Shown here one piece after another: positions 1 through 16,690 of a stretch of DNA of 64,000 nucleotides. This DNA comes from the human T2T-CHM13v2.0 reference genome, Homo sapiens, in NCBI RefSeq assembly GCF_009914755.1, contig NC_060926.1, one strand, 5' to 3'. Each line of letters starts with the position of its first letter. Positions within the stretch are counted from its first letter, which is position 1. The notes beneath the pieces were generated by a model. It saw only the letters and a program-made list of their open reading frames with translations, made no database searches and was not told where the DNA came from. Position numbers and translations under genes: made by a program.

Positions 1-1
1 T

Positions 2-348
<347 letters not shown>

Positions 349-502
349 AGAACACTTTCTTATATACGAATTGACATAACTTACTACTTTGGTTAGGCAG
401 TTTCCATTTGTTTTTCATCTTGGTAAAGACGAATGGTAAAATTCAAATTTGGTAAAATCAAGGGCAGAGAGAGAGTCATTGCATCTTAAATTAAGAACCA
501 TG

Positions 503-889
<387 letters not shown>

Positions 890-3800
890 TTAACCTACAT
901 TAAGCGTTTTTCTTCATCATTATTCCTTGTATTCATAGAGCATAATTATGACATTATATTCAATACTAAATGAGTGGCTTTACCAGATTAAGAGTAATAT
1001 CATGATATTTCTGGATTATTAGGGTCATTAAAGATTAGCAAAAAAGAACAGGAAATTCAGAAAATTAAAACTTGCCTATTTAAAGATATCTACATTATCA
1101 GTTTCTCATAAGGTTTCCTTCTTAATGTTGATTTTACTGTTATTATTACTAGCCTTTAAGGTGAAATATAGTTTTAAGTATGCCATTTTTTGAAAACTAT
1201 TACTTGTAACATTTTAGCATTATTGTGATAGAATCTGGGTCCACTTAGCACTATTAGATAATTTTCTTGATGCCATACTGTCACGTGAACATTGGATCTA
1301 GGTATTATTTGCTCTGTACAAGAAATATAAAGATTCAAGTCTTCTTAAATTCCTTCAAAGACCTCATTCCTGTATAGAAACAGCCATGGTACTCAAAAAT
1401 TAAGACAAAATAGTAGTGCCTACCCAATTGCCTGGGTTTTTATACTTTGCTTTTCTAAATGCCACTTCTATTTTTGAAAATTGTCTTTTGCATTTCTCGT
1501 AAGGAAACACATAGCAACTTGTCTCCTTGAATGAAGAGAGGTGACAAATAATTTCTCCACTGATGGCATTATTGTGATTGTGGCATGGTCTTGAACCTGT
1601 GAAACGCCAAAAATAATAAGTGAAGCAGTAAAAAACTCAAGAGAGAGGCTAGTGAGGGTTCATGAGTCAGAGAACATATATCTTACTCAATTCTCTTATT
1701 AAAGCAGATGTCATTACTGAACGTCAGGCTTAGTTTTTTTCTGCCTTTTGGAGTGGTTTTTTTTTTTTTTAAAGAGGATAATAATAAAATTGCAAACCCA
1801 TTCCATAATTGTAGGCCAGGTGGAGTGCTCATTTTCACATTAGAGCTTGTGCAATCTGGAGGGAAATTTGGTTTAGTATTACTCGTGAGTTGGTGGATCA
1901 GATGAAAGCCAGTCAAGTGGAAGAGAGGACTGTGTGAAGTGCGCTGGCTCCCCTGATAATTAGAATGCTGCAGGCGTTCCTCCAGTCAGCTAATAGATTT
2001 CCCCAGCTCCTCTGTGCCAGGTGAAAATTTCCTCATTAAGGGGAATTTATTCCATTTCCTTTTATCATTTATTATTGAAGACTAAGTGTGAGTGGAGGAA
2101 ATTTCAGAGATGACAGGGAGGAATTTTAAACAACAACAACAATATCTACATTGGAAGTCTTAGAGAATGAGGAGAAAGGCTTGTATTGTTTGTAAACCAG
2201 AGAACACACCAGAGACTTTTTGCTATAGAAGCCGAGCCATGCTGTCTCACCATTAAAAGATTATGGCAGAGTGTGTAAAAGTCTGATGGTCTGGTTTTAA
2301 GACATTTTTTTCACCTTCTAAAATTTCAGTCATTTTGTGCTGCTAAGTAGAAAGAAACTGAAGATTATGAAAAGGCCAGCATCACAGCCATTTGGTGTGT
2401 TGTTTTATTGTATAGATTCTATTATGCAATGATGAAAGTCTAACCTTTTGTAAAGTTTGCCCTTGAACTCTCAAAGCAAGGCAAACTGGCACGGGAAAGA
2501 ATAGTTGTATATATAATAGCATATTTTAGAGGACACAGTTCTGAAATATGGATTTAATGTGTATATGTTCAAAAGAGTAAAAATTAACATAAAATACTAG
2601 TACATACAAATATATATCAAAGAACAGAAGGATAATTTATTATGCATATTTTAAAATTGTGTGCTTTTGTGCAATATGCTTTCTTCAGCTGATCACATTT
2701 CTAGCTGGGCATAAAGCTGTCTTGATTTACAACATAATATAAATGGAGTATTCCCTATTGAGGTTTCAAAAAGCAGTGTTGAATTATAAATTCAGTATTT
2801 ATATTTCTTTTAGTAATTATTCTGTTTTGAGTTTGTTTCAAATTAAGGTTTTTATTTTCCTTCAGAAAAATAAAAATGTTATAGCCTTGTTTTGAAAATA
2901 AGCTTTTACCTAGTTTGATCAAAAAAACAAAAACAAAAACCCACCATGATGGAAATTGGTTTTGGCAAACAAAATGGAGGGAGCATAATGTGGGCAGATA
3001 AAGATGAGGAACATCTATCTGAGTCTCCACATTGTTAAATGAGCTTTATGTTTGCTTAAGATTATGCATCTTGTATTTATTTGACTCTGAGGAGATTTAA
3101 CCTGATCTAAATCACTGCCCCACAACTAATGAATTGTGTCTTTGAACTGTCTTTTTTTTTCTTTGATTATAATGGGACACACAATACAATTTTGTATCAG
3201 AATAAGCTGGGACTAAAGTCAATTTTCTACTGTGTATAATGACATCTCAGCCAGCCTGGTGTTACACCAAAGAGAGAAAACAGAGGAGAGGAAAGGTGAG
3301 GACAATACAGAGAATTGACCTGCTTCCATTAGGAGTACCTTGTGGAATTAGGCAGCACTGACTGTGGGAAGGGATCTAACTTGCCTGTGCCTCTCTAATG
3401 GCCCTGGTGGGTCAGTATCAACAATGATTTCTCAGTGAGGAGGATTGCTAAGTGTTTTGCACTATTTCATGATCATGTCTAAAGAGCAGAAATAACCAGA
3501 GAGACCATGAACAAAATACTATAGAAATTACATTACTTTGGACATCCAATGATCACACATACCCAATATCTGTATTCAAGTTAAGGTAGATGAACATGAA
3601 TGTACTAATATACCATTTCAATTTAATACATTCTAATTTTTAAGACATTTAAAAATATTGTATTCTGTTATTGATCTAGTTATTTGAAAATTGGGCAGAA
3701 GTTGAAGCAGTTTTTGGCTCACCAAGAAAATGTCCTAAGAATCAACTAGTGAGATTAAAATATGCAAGGTGCAGGTCTAGCTTGATACATCTGTTTCAAA

Positions 3801-4267
3801 ATTCTCACCTAGTATGATTTAAAGGGATGCCTATGTAGAAAGTTTTCACTCCCATTCTGAAGTATCATTCACAATCATTATTTTGTGTTACTGTTGCTCT
3901 TCTCAGACATTTTCTTTAAATTATGAAAACTCTCTGGTGTGGGAAATGCTATGGGCAGGGGAGCAGTAACAGTTGAGTTAGTCTTAGTGACAGATGGCTT
4001 TTTTTTTTCGTCACCAGAGCTGAGTACAAAATTAACTCACTTCACTTTTTAATGCACAAGGCCAATTCTTATCAATCAACCTTTTTCTTTTCTCTCTTCT
4101 TTCTCGTTCTCCCTTCTTTCTTATTATTTTTATTTCTTTGCTGATAAGTGTTCAGTTTTATTAGTAGGTAGAGGCAGAAGACTTTGTATATTTGCTAGAG
4201 ATGTCTACATACATTCTGTTAGACTCTTGTGGTGAAAAAGAACAAGAGAAATTATGCATATTCCAGA

Positions 4268-4313
4268 AATGAAAATACTACATTCCTGAATGAAAATACT
4301 GCATTGCTGAATG
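4268..4313. repeat. 21-bp tandem duplication
   Basis: aatgaaaatactacattcctg / aatgaaaatactgcattgctg. Confidence 0.75.
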
Positions 4314-4882
4314 TAGACGACACAAATGCAAATTTATTGCAACCCTAATAGAAATGTGAGGAATCTAATTTTTTCTTATTTAATACCATTATTTATAATT
4401 TTCATTTTAAACAACATAGCGACCTTTGAAAAACTGACTGGTATTCCATGTAAGAAGGAATGCAAACAAATAATTAAAGACCCTCTAAAAATTGCAACAA
4501 CAAACAAATAGAAAAACCTGACTGAAAAAGCTAAAGATAACTACATGACTTCTGCTTATCTTAGCATTTGAAGAACCCGCACTTATGGTGCTGCCGTGTT
4601 AGCCCATGGTCACAATTATAGATGTGATGGTTCTTTTCAAGGCATGTGTTTTAAGTGTATCTGGATGACTGTTCTTCAGAGTTAGGATTTTAGTCATTTA
4701 AGTAAAAGTGGTTATTGTTCTAATTTAGAAAAATCGCTTATTTGTCAAGCACTTCCACCGAAAGGCTGAGTGCATACTTGCACATAAACAAATGAGCAAT
4801 TGGTTTGGGAGCATATTCTTGGCAAGGAAAGTGGAAACATACCTTTCTAAAACAAATAACAACAATAACAAAAAAAAATCTT

Positions 4883-5186
<304 letters not shown>

Positions 5187-5685
5187 CTACTTTCAAAATT
5201 AATTTCTCTCTCTCTCTCTTTTTCTTGAAAGTAAAAGTAACCACAAACTTTGGTGTTTCCAAGGCTCTCTGAAGCTCTAAAGTCACCTCTGGGGTAAAGC
5301 CTTTCCAGACTTCTCCATTGGCAGCTGGGGTCCCCTGCCCTGAGCCACGGCTTCAACTTGTGCACACTTCTCCCACGGCACCTCTCATGATGTAGACATA
5401 TCAATGGCTATTTGTGCTTCCTAACATACTCTGACCTCCTAAATGTAAGAGTACAATATTTCATCTTCCATCATTAATACAGGCAGGACAGGTCTGATAC
5501 AGAGCACGTACTCACTAAATGTTAAAGCAGTAATGACAATGAATGTGGCTACCCTCACCATCCAGTTTCCTCAGTATGTTTCCCATACGTGCCATGTCCA
5601 CTGCTGCTCTCAAACAATAGCCAATACTGTTGCCATTGCCTATTGTACACCTGTCAACTCCTTTATCTACATAAAGTTGAACTTT

Positions 5686-5976
5686 GTTTTTTCTTTTTTG
5701 AGGTGGAGTCTCCGTTGTCTGAGCTGGAGTGCAGTGGCGTGATCTCGGCTCACTGCAACCCCCACCTCCTGGGTTCAAGTGATTCTCTTGTCTCAGCCTC
5801 TTGAGTAGCTGGGATTACAGGCACCTGCCACTATGCCCAGCTAGCTTTTTGTATTTTTTGTAGAGACGGGGTTTCACCATGTTGGCCAGGCTGGTCTCAA
5901 ACTCCTGACCTCGTGATTCACCCTCCTCAGCCTCCCGAAGTGCTGGTATTACAGGTGTGAGCCACCACGCCCGGCC
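5686..5976 (-). mobile_element. AluS (Sc/Sg-like), full length
   Basis: Antisense Alu; TSD aagttgaacttt at 5674-5685 and 5977-5988. Confidence 0.93.
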
Positions 5977-6159
5977 AAGTTGAACTTTCTTTATAGCTCT
6001 GTTCTCATCCCTCCACTGCTGTAGTGTTTCTCAAGTACAACCTTTCACACTATTATCTTTCTCTGGCCTCACGTAGCACCACATAGCTTATCCCTCCATA
6101 AAGTGTTTTGAATCACTATCATTTCATTGTCTCAAATATTGTTTCCTTATCTTCTGGGG

Positions 6160-6370
6160 CAGCACTGTTCAGTAGAAATTTCTGTGATGATGAAATATTC
6201 TGTAATCTGCACTGTCTGACACTGGAGCCACTGACCATGTGTGGCTGTTGAGCACTTGAAACCTGGCTTTGGTGACTGTAGCTCTAAATTTTTGGTCTTA
6301 AAAGATTTAATTAGTTTTTCAATTTAAATAACCACATGTGGCTAGGGGCTGCTATGTTGGATGGCACAGT
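6160..6370 (+). mobile_element. MER3-type hAT-Charlie non-autonomous DNA transposon
   Basis: cagcactgttcagtagaaatttctgtgatgatg...ccacatgtggctag...ttggatggcacag resembles the MER3 consensus as recalled. Confidence 0.8.
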
Positions 6371-7189
6371 TCTAAAGCACAGGGCTTGGCACACATACTA
6401 AGTCAGCAATAATACTTAATATTGGATTGCATTCAAGAATTTGACAGGAAAATGCATTGCTCTGAGAGAATGCTTATCAAATACTTGGGAAAACTAAATT
6501 CAAAATAAGAATAAAAAGAGAAGAAATTAAATTCAATGGGAGATTTAACACACTGATTTGAGACAGAAGAGAATTTAGGTGCAATAGAAAAAGCAAATTG
6601 ACTAGGAAGAGCTGTAGCTGCAAAAATTTAAACTAATACTGACACTGGAAATCCAGGGAAATAGCCATTATATACACCAGCTTGATTTTTTCTTCTCCAA
6701 ACTCAGAATATGAATTAATTAAAGCAGATTCATGATTAGAATGAACAAAATGCAATAGATTTAATCCAATTACATTTTATTAACAGCATTTCATGAAAAT
6801 GTTTTCTTAAGGCAAGTTAGATCTTCTGGCAATACACTATTTTAATTTCATTGTATTGACTATCAAACTATTATAATTGAATTGTATTGTATTAACTATT
6901 ACATGAAATAGCTGGCCCACAGGTATCTGGTTAAAGATGCTTTTACAGTAGTATTTTATTCTTCTGTCCCTTAGCTCTTTACAAATTATTTTTGCATGCA
7001 TTTTGAAATCTAGTTATGAGCTAATTTCAATCACTTCTTTGTCTTTTCTATAAAATAAAAACCTAGGGAATTGAAGTTTTTATATTTATCCTTCATTTAT
7101 TTATAATTTATATTCATAAATTATATTTACATTTAATTTATAAAATATATGCATTTTATTTATATGTTTATATTACTTATATTTATCCT

Positions 7190-8610
<1,421 letters not shown>

Positions 8611-9793
8611 TGACAGGATTTCTGTGGTAAAACGTAGGCACCCATTCAAAAGGCCATTGTTAATAAAAAGAGGAGTGGAATTAAGAAGTGACAATACTCA
8701 TCCGGTTGATGCTCATAATGTCACCAATTTTATTCAGCAAGTGATTAATTTTTACTTAAAAGGGAAAGAAGGAAAGGACACTAGGATGTAAAGATAAGAG
8801 TGAGTACCTGATTTTCTTGGCCTAACTGAACAAAACAAAACAAAAATTTAAACTCTCCTCTGCTTTTTGACCTGTGTTCAAATATGTAAGTAGTTAAGAA
8901 ATCCTTAGTGTAATTGAAGGACTTGAAATTTCCTAGCATGGTGGCTGACCCTCTTGAAAATAATAGTTATCTCCTTTGGCAGTAACTTTTTACAGGGTAA
9001 TACTTTATATTAAGTGCCCCATGATTATGGTTCATTTAGTATTCATTGTGATAGGGCTGGGCATAATGAGCTCATCTAGTATTCATGACAATCACGCATG
9101 AACATTCATAGGTGTGCTGTTGTGATTTTTTTTCCTTTGGCCTTTAATGGAAGGGATGTCTTAGTTTAAAGTACCACCAGCTGGTTTTTGTCCTTTAAAA
9201 TCATTGACTTTTCACTGTGTGCTCAAGGGGCACGTGCATACCCTTAGGTCTCAAGCTTTTTGCTAAATATTTTCCACTCAGCGATTATTATCTTTCTTCC
9301 TTCTCACCTGCCTTACACCAGCTTGCCCTGTCGGCCCCAAATTCTTGCTCACTAAGCTGAGTTACTGGCCCTTGAGAGTGGAATTGATTTCCAAATATGT
9401 TCAATGAGATCTTGTTCTCCCCCCGTTCATCCCCTATGGCTTTATGGTAGTTGTGTCATCCCACCGCTCAGTGCCACAGGCCACTTAAATCCTGCGCATT
9501 AATTTGCAAGCCAAAGAGATCCTTACGTATAGGTCATTTTGCTCAGATTTTAGATTTCATATACAGCTGCTTTTAGAGAGCTGGTGGGGTAAGTCTTCCT
9601 AGTAACCAGTTGACTATAGGACCACTTTGCGATGTTCATGAGAGTTACTATTACTACTAGTGATCCAATGCCCTGTTTCTCAGGTGATAACTAGACCACA
9701 TCACTATTTTCTCTCTCTTATTTTCAGAATTAGAAAGCAATTCCACGGGTCATACATTTTCCTGTTTGCATACTTTACAGTAATAGGAATTAA

Positions 9794-10045
<252 letters not shown>

Positions 10046-10064
10046 TAATAAAAAAAGGCATCAT

Positions 10065-10383
<319 letters not shown>

Positions 10384-10729
10384 CATGTGTGTCAGGTATG
10401 ATGATATGTTTCTGTACTCAGTCTTTTAAGAACTGCCTTAAGATAATGAAATCAAACAAATGAAAAATTAAGGACAATGACTACATGATCATACAATTAT
10501 GCTATGTTCTCATGACTATTTAATTTAAAAAATTCTGCCATATCTATTTTTTATAAATAAGTAGGGCTTGTATAACACTTTATACTTATGGGTTTCCAGA
10601 GACTAATAGAGAATACATGTTAACAAGAGGAAGATGAGAAATACATACTTAATGATAGGACAACTAGTTTAATTAAATGGAATAATAACACTTAATGATT
10701 TCTGCATCTTCCTTTTCTTATTTCCTCAG

Positions 10730-10793
10730 GAGCATGATGTCAATTTTGATGACCATGGAATGATGGTGCTAGGCTGTGGTCCATATCACATTG
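10730..10793 (+). CDS. CPS1: CPS1 exon 24 (64 nt), [21 protein letters not shown](G)
   Basis: cctcag| acceptor, TTG|gtaaaa donor; VLGxGP motif; not in the ORF track. Confidence 0.97.
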
Positions 10794-10849
10794 GTAAAAT
10801 AATAAATTATGTGTATATAGGACTTTACACAATTTATATAGTTTTCTTC

Positions 10850-11020
10850 ATACATGTTAATTCCATTATTCCAAGAACTATATCAAATAAATGCTGTAAT
10901 ATATGTTTTGCAAATTAGGAAGCTGGGGTTCAGAAAAATAAAACCCAAATATATACAGCTATTTAGTGGTAGAGTGGGACTCAAATGCAGGTCTCAACTA
11001 CAAATTCTATCTCCTCTCAT
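10850..11020 (-). mobile_element. MIR fragment
   Basis: ttttgcaaattaggaagctggggttcaga...agtggtagagtgggactcaaatgcaggtct. Confidence 0.6.
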
Positions 11021-11607
11021 TTCACTGTGTAACTTAATTTTCATCCTTTTTAACTGAATTGAGCCTTTCACTGGAGTTGGGAATGGATTAGATTTTGACC
11101 TGTTATCTTCTAGCATAGTTTTTCATAAGGATCTACATTTACTCAAGGACTTTATACATTAGCCAGAAATTACATTGCAGATACCACCTCTGACCTCATC
11201 CTACGTAACATATATGACTTTCGTTTACCTCAAATGCAAAAATCTTGTCTGTTTGGTGCATGGGTAGAGCATTATGTAGGTGAATTAAAACATAATCACC
11301 AGAGATATGACATTTCTCTCCAGTCAATTAAATAACCACTAAAGATTATTACAGATGCAAGTATGTATTTTAATGGACAGTGATATTAGTCAACATATGG
11401 ATTTAATATTTAATCTCCACAAAGCATTATAATATGGAAATGATAAAAATCTATGATTTGAATATATTTAAATCTTATTCTATTACTTTAAGCATAGTTT
11501 ATTTAGTTTTTACAATGAACTAAGAGCTTCAGGATATGTTAGTTTACCAATCTTTGGACAAATCTTGAAGTAGGACAAAAATGTTATATCTTTACCACCT
11601 TAGTCAT

Positions 11608-12308
11608 TGTCTTAGTCCATTTGTGCTGCTGTAACAAAATACCTGAGATTGGGTAATTTATAAATAAATTCTCACAGTTCTAGGGGCTGGGAAGTCCAAA
11701 ATCAAGTGCCAGGAAGTTCAGTTGTCTGGTGAGACATAGGTCTCTGCTTCTAAGATGGCGCCTTAAACCTTGTGCCTCCTATAAGGAAGGAATGCTGTCT
11801 TTACATGGCAGAAGGCACAACAGCACAAAGGGAACAAATTCCCTCCATCAAACCCTCACCCCCAGTTTTTTCTGAGACAAGGTCTTACTATGTCACCTAG
11901 GCTGGAATGCAGTGGTATGATCATGGCTCACTGTAGCCTTGATGTCCCAGGCTCAAGCACTCCTCCCACCTCAGCCTCCCTAGAAGCTGGGCCTATAGGC
12001 ATGTGCCATCATGCTTGGCTTATTTTTATTTTTATTTTTTGTAGAGATGGAATTTTTCTGTGTTGGCCAGGCTAGTCTCACACTTCTGGACTCAAGCGAT
12101 CCTCCTGCCTCAGCCTCCCAAAGTGCTGGTATTACAGGCAGGAGCCACTACAGCTAGCAAGCTTTTCTATAACAGCATTAATCTATTCATGAGGGATCTG
12201 CACTTATGAACTAAAACCCTCCTAAAAGGCCCCACCTCCCAGCACTGTTGCATTGGTGACTAAGTGTTCTAACACATGGATTTCAGGAGACACGTTCAGG
12301 CCATGGCA
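11608..12308 (-). mobile_element. MaLR (MST-like) solo LTR interrupted by an Alu
   Basis: tgtcttagtccatttgtgctgctgtaacaaaatacctgag ... attcatgaggg...ccccacctccc...ccatggca. Confidence 0.8.
11865..12158 (-). mobile_element. AluJ nested in the MaLR LTR
   Basis: J-type features: gagacaaggtct, atcatggctcactgtagcc, ggactcaagcgatcctcc. Confidence 0.88.
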
Positions 12309-13171
12309 GTTATCTTATGGTGAAATAGCCTGACCATTTCACCAGCATCTACCTGTCTACTCTCTGGAGTACTTTTTCTTCCTTTTCAAATTTTACCTAT
12401 TCATGCAGTAATTCTGCATTATATCAGGATCCAAAGAAGACTAGTCAAGCTAATAATCAAGTGTGTGCTTACTTGATAGTTGCCATTAATATGCCAGTAT
12501 ATTTGAATAACGTGTTTTCACAAGAATTTTTAGAAGACAATATCTTAATGCAAAGAATTAGTACAAGTCTGTGGACTTTCAATTCTATGGCATCCCAGTA
12601 GACGTGATATTTTGAGGTGTTTAGGCCATTATTACACTTCAGATTTCTTTATAGAAGGTCACTCACTCTGCATGGGTGGCCTTGCCAAGTTTAAAAGGAT
12701 ATGCTTGGAAAAGATAGGACTCTTCAATCAATCAGGATATGTCAGAGCTGCAAGGCACCTCAGGGATCATTAGGTTCAGCCCTCAGACAGCAGATTAAGT
12801 GGAAAGGCTGAAAAAAGAGCACAGGTATCCTCATCACTGGATTAACTATTTTTGTGTATTGAGGTCAATATATTCACTTTGAATTTCTTTTCAGTAAGTG
12901 AGGGTTATTTTTATCATTAAAATTACCTCCCATTAACATTGAAGTTCTAAATACTTCAAATATTGAGATTTTCTATTGCAGAATTTAGCATATATGACAA
13001 GCCCAATATTTCCTTGCTGTTTAATTAGTACCCATTTTTCCTACTACTAATACAGTATGCATCATGGGTTTGAAATTTATATCTTGGAGTTTAAAAAATT
13101 GAATTGAAAATCATTAGCTTCCTTAGCCTGGACTGACTGGTGATACATTTCTGCTTCTCTTTGTATTGTAA

Positions 13172-13447
<276 letters not shown>

Positions 13448-16179
13448 TAGTATACACTTTATATATATGCATTCTGGTATATAGATGTATATAGTAATTC
13501 CTCTTAGAAGAAAGGGCTGCCAGTGGCATCCATTGTCTTATTTTGTAGTAAAACTCTAAAAAAAATCACTCCATTCTTATATTTTTGAGCCCCTGGCCCA
13601 GAGTGATTATTTTTCACATAAAGTTTTTATTTACATTTTCTTTCTAAGGGTTTCAGCTAGATTGAAAACTCTACTTGGTAACATGTGCCAGATACATATT
13701 AACTAATACAAGATGATCCCTCATAAATATCTTGCAGAGTGATTGAATTGGTCATCTAGACATACAATAAACAGCCTCTTTCTAGTTTGTGTGATGTGGT
13801 TTAATGATAAACAGTTCCAGTTCCCTGAAAATAGTCAATTGCTCACAAAAGACCAGTTAATTCCTTGTTCCATCAGATGAAGCCATTAGTCTTCAGTTTA
13901 AGATCAATGAGTTCATTGTGAATAATTTTGCTTCCTTTATAGCTTTCACTTACAGTTGTTCCTCCATTCCCATCCCAATATTACTGAGTATCTTCACTGT
14001 GAATTCATGTGATTGCAGATTACTATAAGACTGTAGAACAAAATAAATTATCTTATAATTAAAATAAAAGCTACTGGAAAATTTTAGTGATGTCCAGTAG
14101 TTAGGCCTTTGATATTATTACAGTTATTATTACTTTTTACCAGAAAATCATCTCTATGTGGAAAATATGGTCAATTAGAAGGAAAAAAGTACTAAATTGG
14201 AACCAAAATACTTAAATTTTAGTTTTGACTGACAACCTCATTGATTTCTTTAAGTTACATAAATTCTCCGTGCTTTATCTTTATTTTAAATGAATCGTCT
14301 GAGTATAAACACATGCTACTTGCAAATACTGTGAAGTTAACATAGAGTTTATGGCCGAAGTCAGATTGTAAAGTATAAAGTATAGTGCTAGAATAATGTT
14401 ATTATTTTACTATTACAAAAGAAAGTAGACAAGTTTAGGAAGGATGTATAATTATAGTTGTCTACTTGGGCCTGGCCTACTAATCCTTTAATAAAATTGA
14501 TCCATTAAATAGAATATATAGCATTTTTTAGACCTCTCTCTGACATGGTTGTTTTTAAATCACTCCTTAATATTCATTTGAGATAGACAGGTGGGGATCA
14601 AAATAAGTGCATCCCACAAATATTTCTCGAACACCTTGTAAATCCAGGTTCAGTATGATAGACAGCTGGAAAAACAGGTTCTTATCTTCAAGACATTAAC
14701 AATAAAACTAGTATCTGTGATATAAATGTGAAAAGTCAAATACTAATTTAAAAATATTAAAAAACATTACAGATGATAGCAGCAGGCATTTTGCATATAA
14801 TTAATTATGTCCTCATGAAATGGTTTAAAGAAAGATGAAAAACTTCTATGACTGCTTTTGGATACAATTATACATGGCTATTAATGAGATTTGTTTATTA
14901 AAACTGAAGTCAGTATTATAGAAAGAAAGAAGTTGGCCCTTCTTTGAAACTAATTGGTATTTAAAATATAGTATTACTATATATTAGGAGGTAATTTAAA
15001 ATATGTTGGCGGACATAATATGATGTACATATGTAAATGTAGACAATGGTACTTCTGTCACAAAACAAGTTAAATGAATGAATTAATGACAGACATTAAT
15101 TAGTGATAGGCAAAACCCATTAGAGAATGCATGACTCGAGACAGAATTGAGGTTCATTTATATCATTTGGTTTAATTGTAATTAAATGTAATCCTAAAAT
15201 ACTGCCTAAACTATAAATCATTTTTACTAACATGTAAATTAGTAAAATATAAAGCATCATCCTTCTCATTGGCAGGTGTACAGATAGTAGAATTTTATAA
15301 CTTGGAGATAATTCATAAAATTCCAAAAACCATGGCCATTTGTAATGAGGCAAATACTACTTCTGTTAGAAAAATTTTCTCACATGACATTCTTTCCATA
15401 ATACATCTAATTTGTGCATAAAAATAAGGACTAACCAAAGTGATTAGTGGCCAGGATAAGTTAAGATGTTCTCAAATAAGCTTGAAGTATTTCCTTTTCA
15501 TGTTTTTCTATTGAAAATAAGTTTCTGGTTCAGAAATATTCTTGTGCTATGGTAAGTTAGTGATATCAGGTTTTAAAAAACAGAAAACTAAGATGGGTAA
15601 AAAGGATGCAAACAGATCTAGGTATGATTAATGGAATTTTGGGAGCTTAATGGAATTTTGGGCCTAAATATTTTAGAAATCTATTAAACAATATTTGAAA
15701 TTTAGAATATTTTATTTCAGTAGATTTCTTGAAACTATTCAGGCCTGATGGCTATGATAAGGATGATGATTTACCTGTGTGGGTTACCAGGTTCTCATCC
15801 CTTTGTTCCTACATGTCCCGTGATATTTGGTGTTGGATCAATTTGAGATTGGATTATTCCATAAAACTGTGCTATATTAACATTTTACAAACATGTTCTC
15901 ATACTGAATTCCTTTTGCCCTGTGGGAAAACCTGCACGACACCATCACACTGTTACTCTAAAAGATTCCTGAGGCCGTGATTTGTCTTCCCATTGATGGT
16001 CTCTGATTCTAGTCGTCAATGATGAGAATTTGGTTTTGTGCTGAAAGCTTTTCTACTACTTTCCAAAAAAAAAAAGTAGTTTTTTAAAAATAGCTTTTCT
16101 CTTATTCTTTAACATTAACTACACCTGAAATGAGCCAGAAAAGTAGAGTTAACTTAAGATTCTAATATTTGGTCTATTA

Positions 16180-16504
<325 letters not shown>

Positions 16505-16514
16505 CTATACATGT

Positions 16515-16690
16515 ATTTGCTAGATAAGGGATATGGGCGAGTCACTTCACCTTTACTGAGCCTCAGTTTCTTTAGCTGTAAAATGGGGACAGTAATAATC
16601 ACCTCAGAAGGATAGTGTGAAAGTCAAAACAGATAGTCCAGGATACATAGTAGAATCTTTATTAAAGAGTAGCAGCTATTATCTTACTAT
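16515..16690 (+). mobile_element. MIR fragment
   Basis: MIR core ctgagcctcagtttctttagctgtaaaatggggacagtaata. Confidence 0.75.

Noticed and set aside
1280-1289. E-box/CLEAR-like gtcacgtgaa (also cacgtg near 9231 and an HNF1-like half-site near 51610)
   Set aside because: Isolated short motifs are expected by chance in 64 kb; no supporting cluster.
10727-10732. NAGNAG acceptors cag|GAG at exons 24 and 29
   Set aside because: A distal GAG is rarely used as an acceptor; no evidence from sequence.
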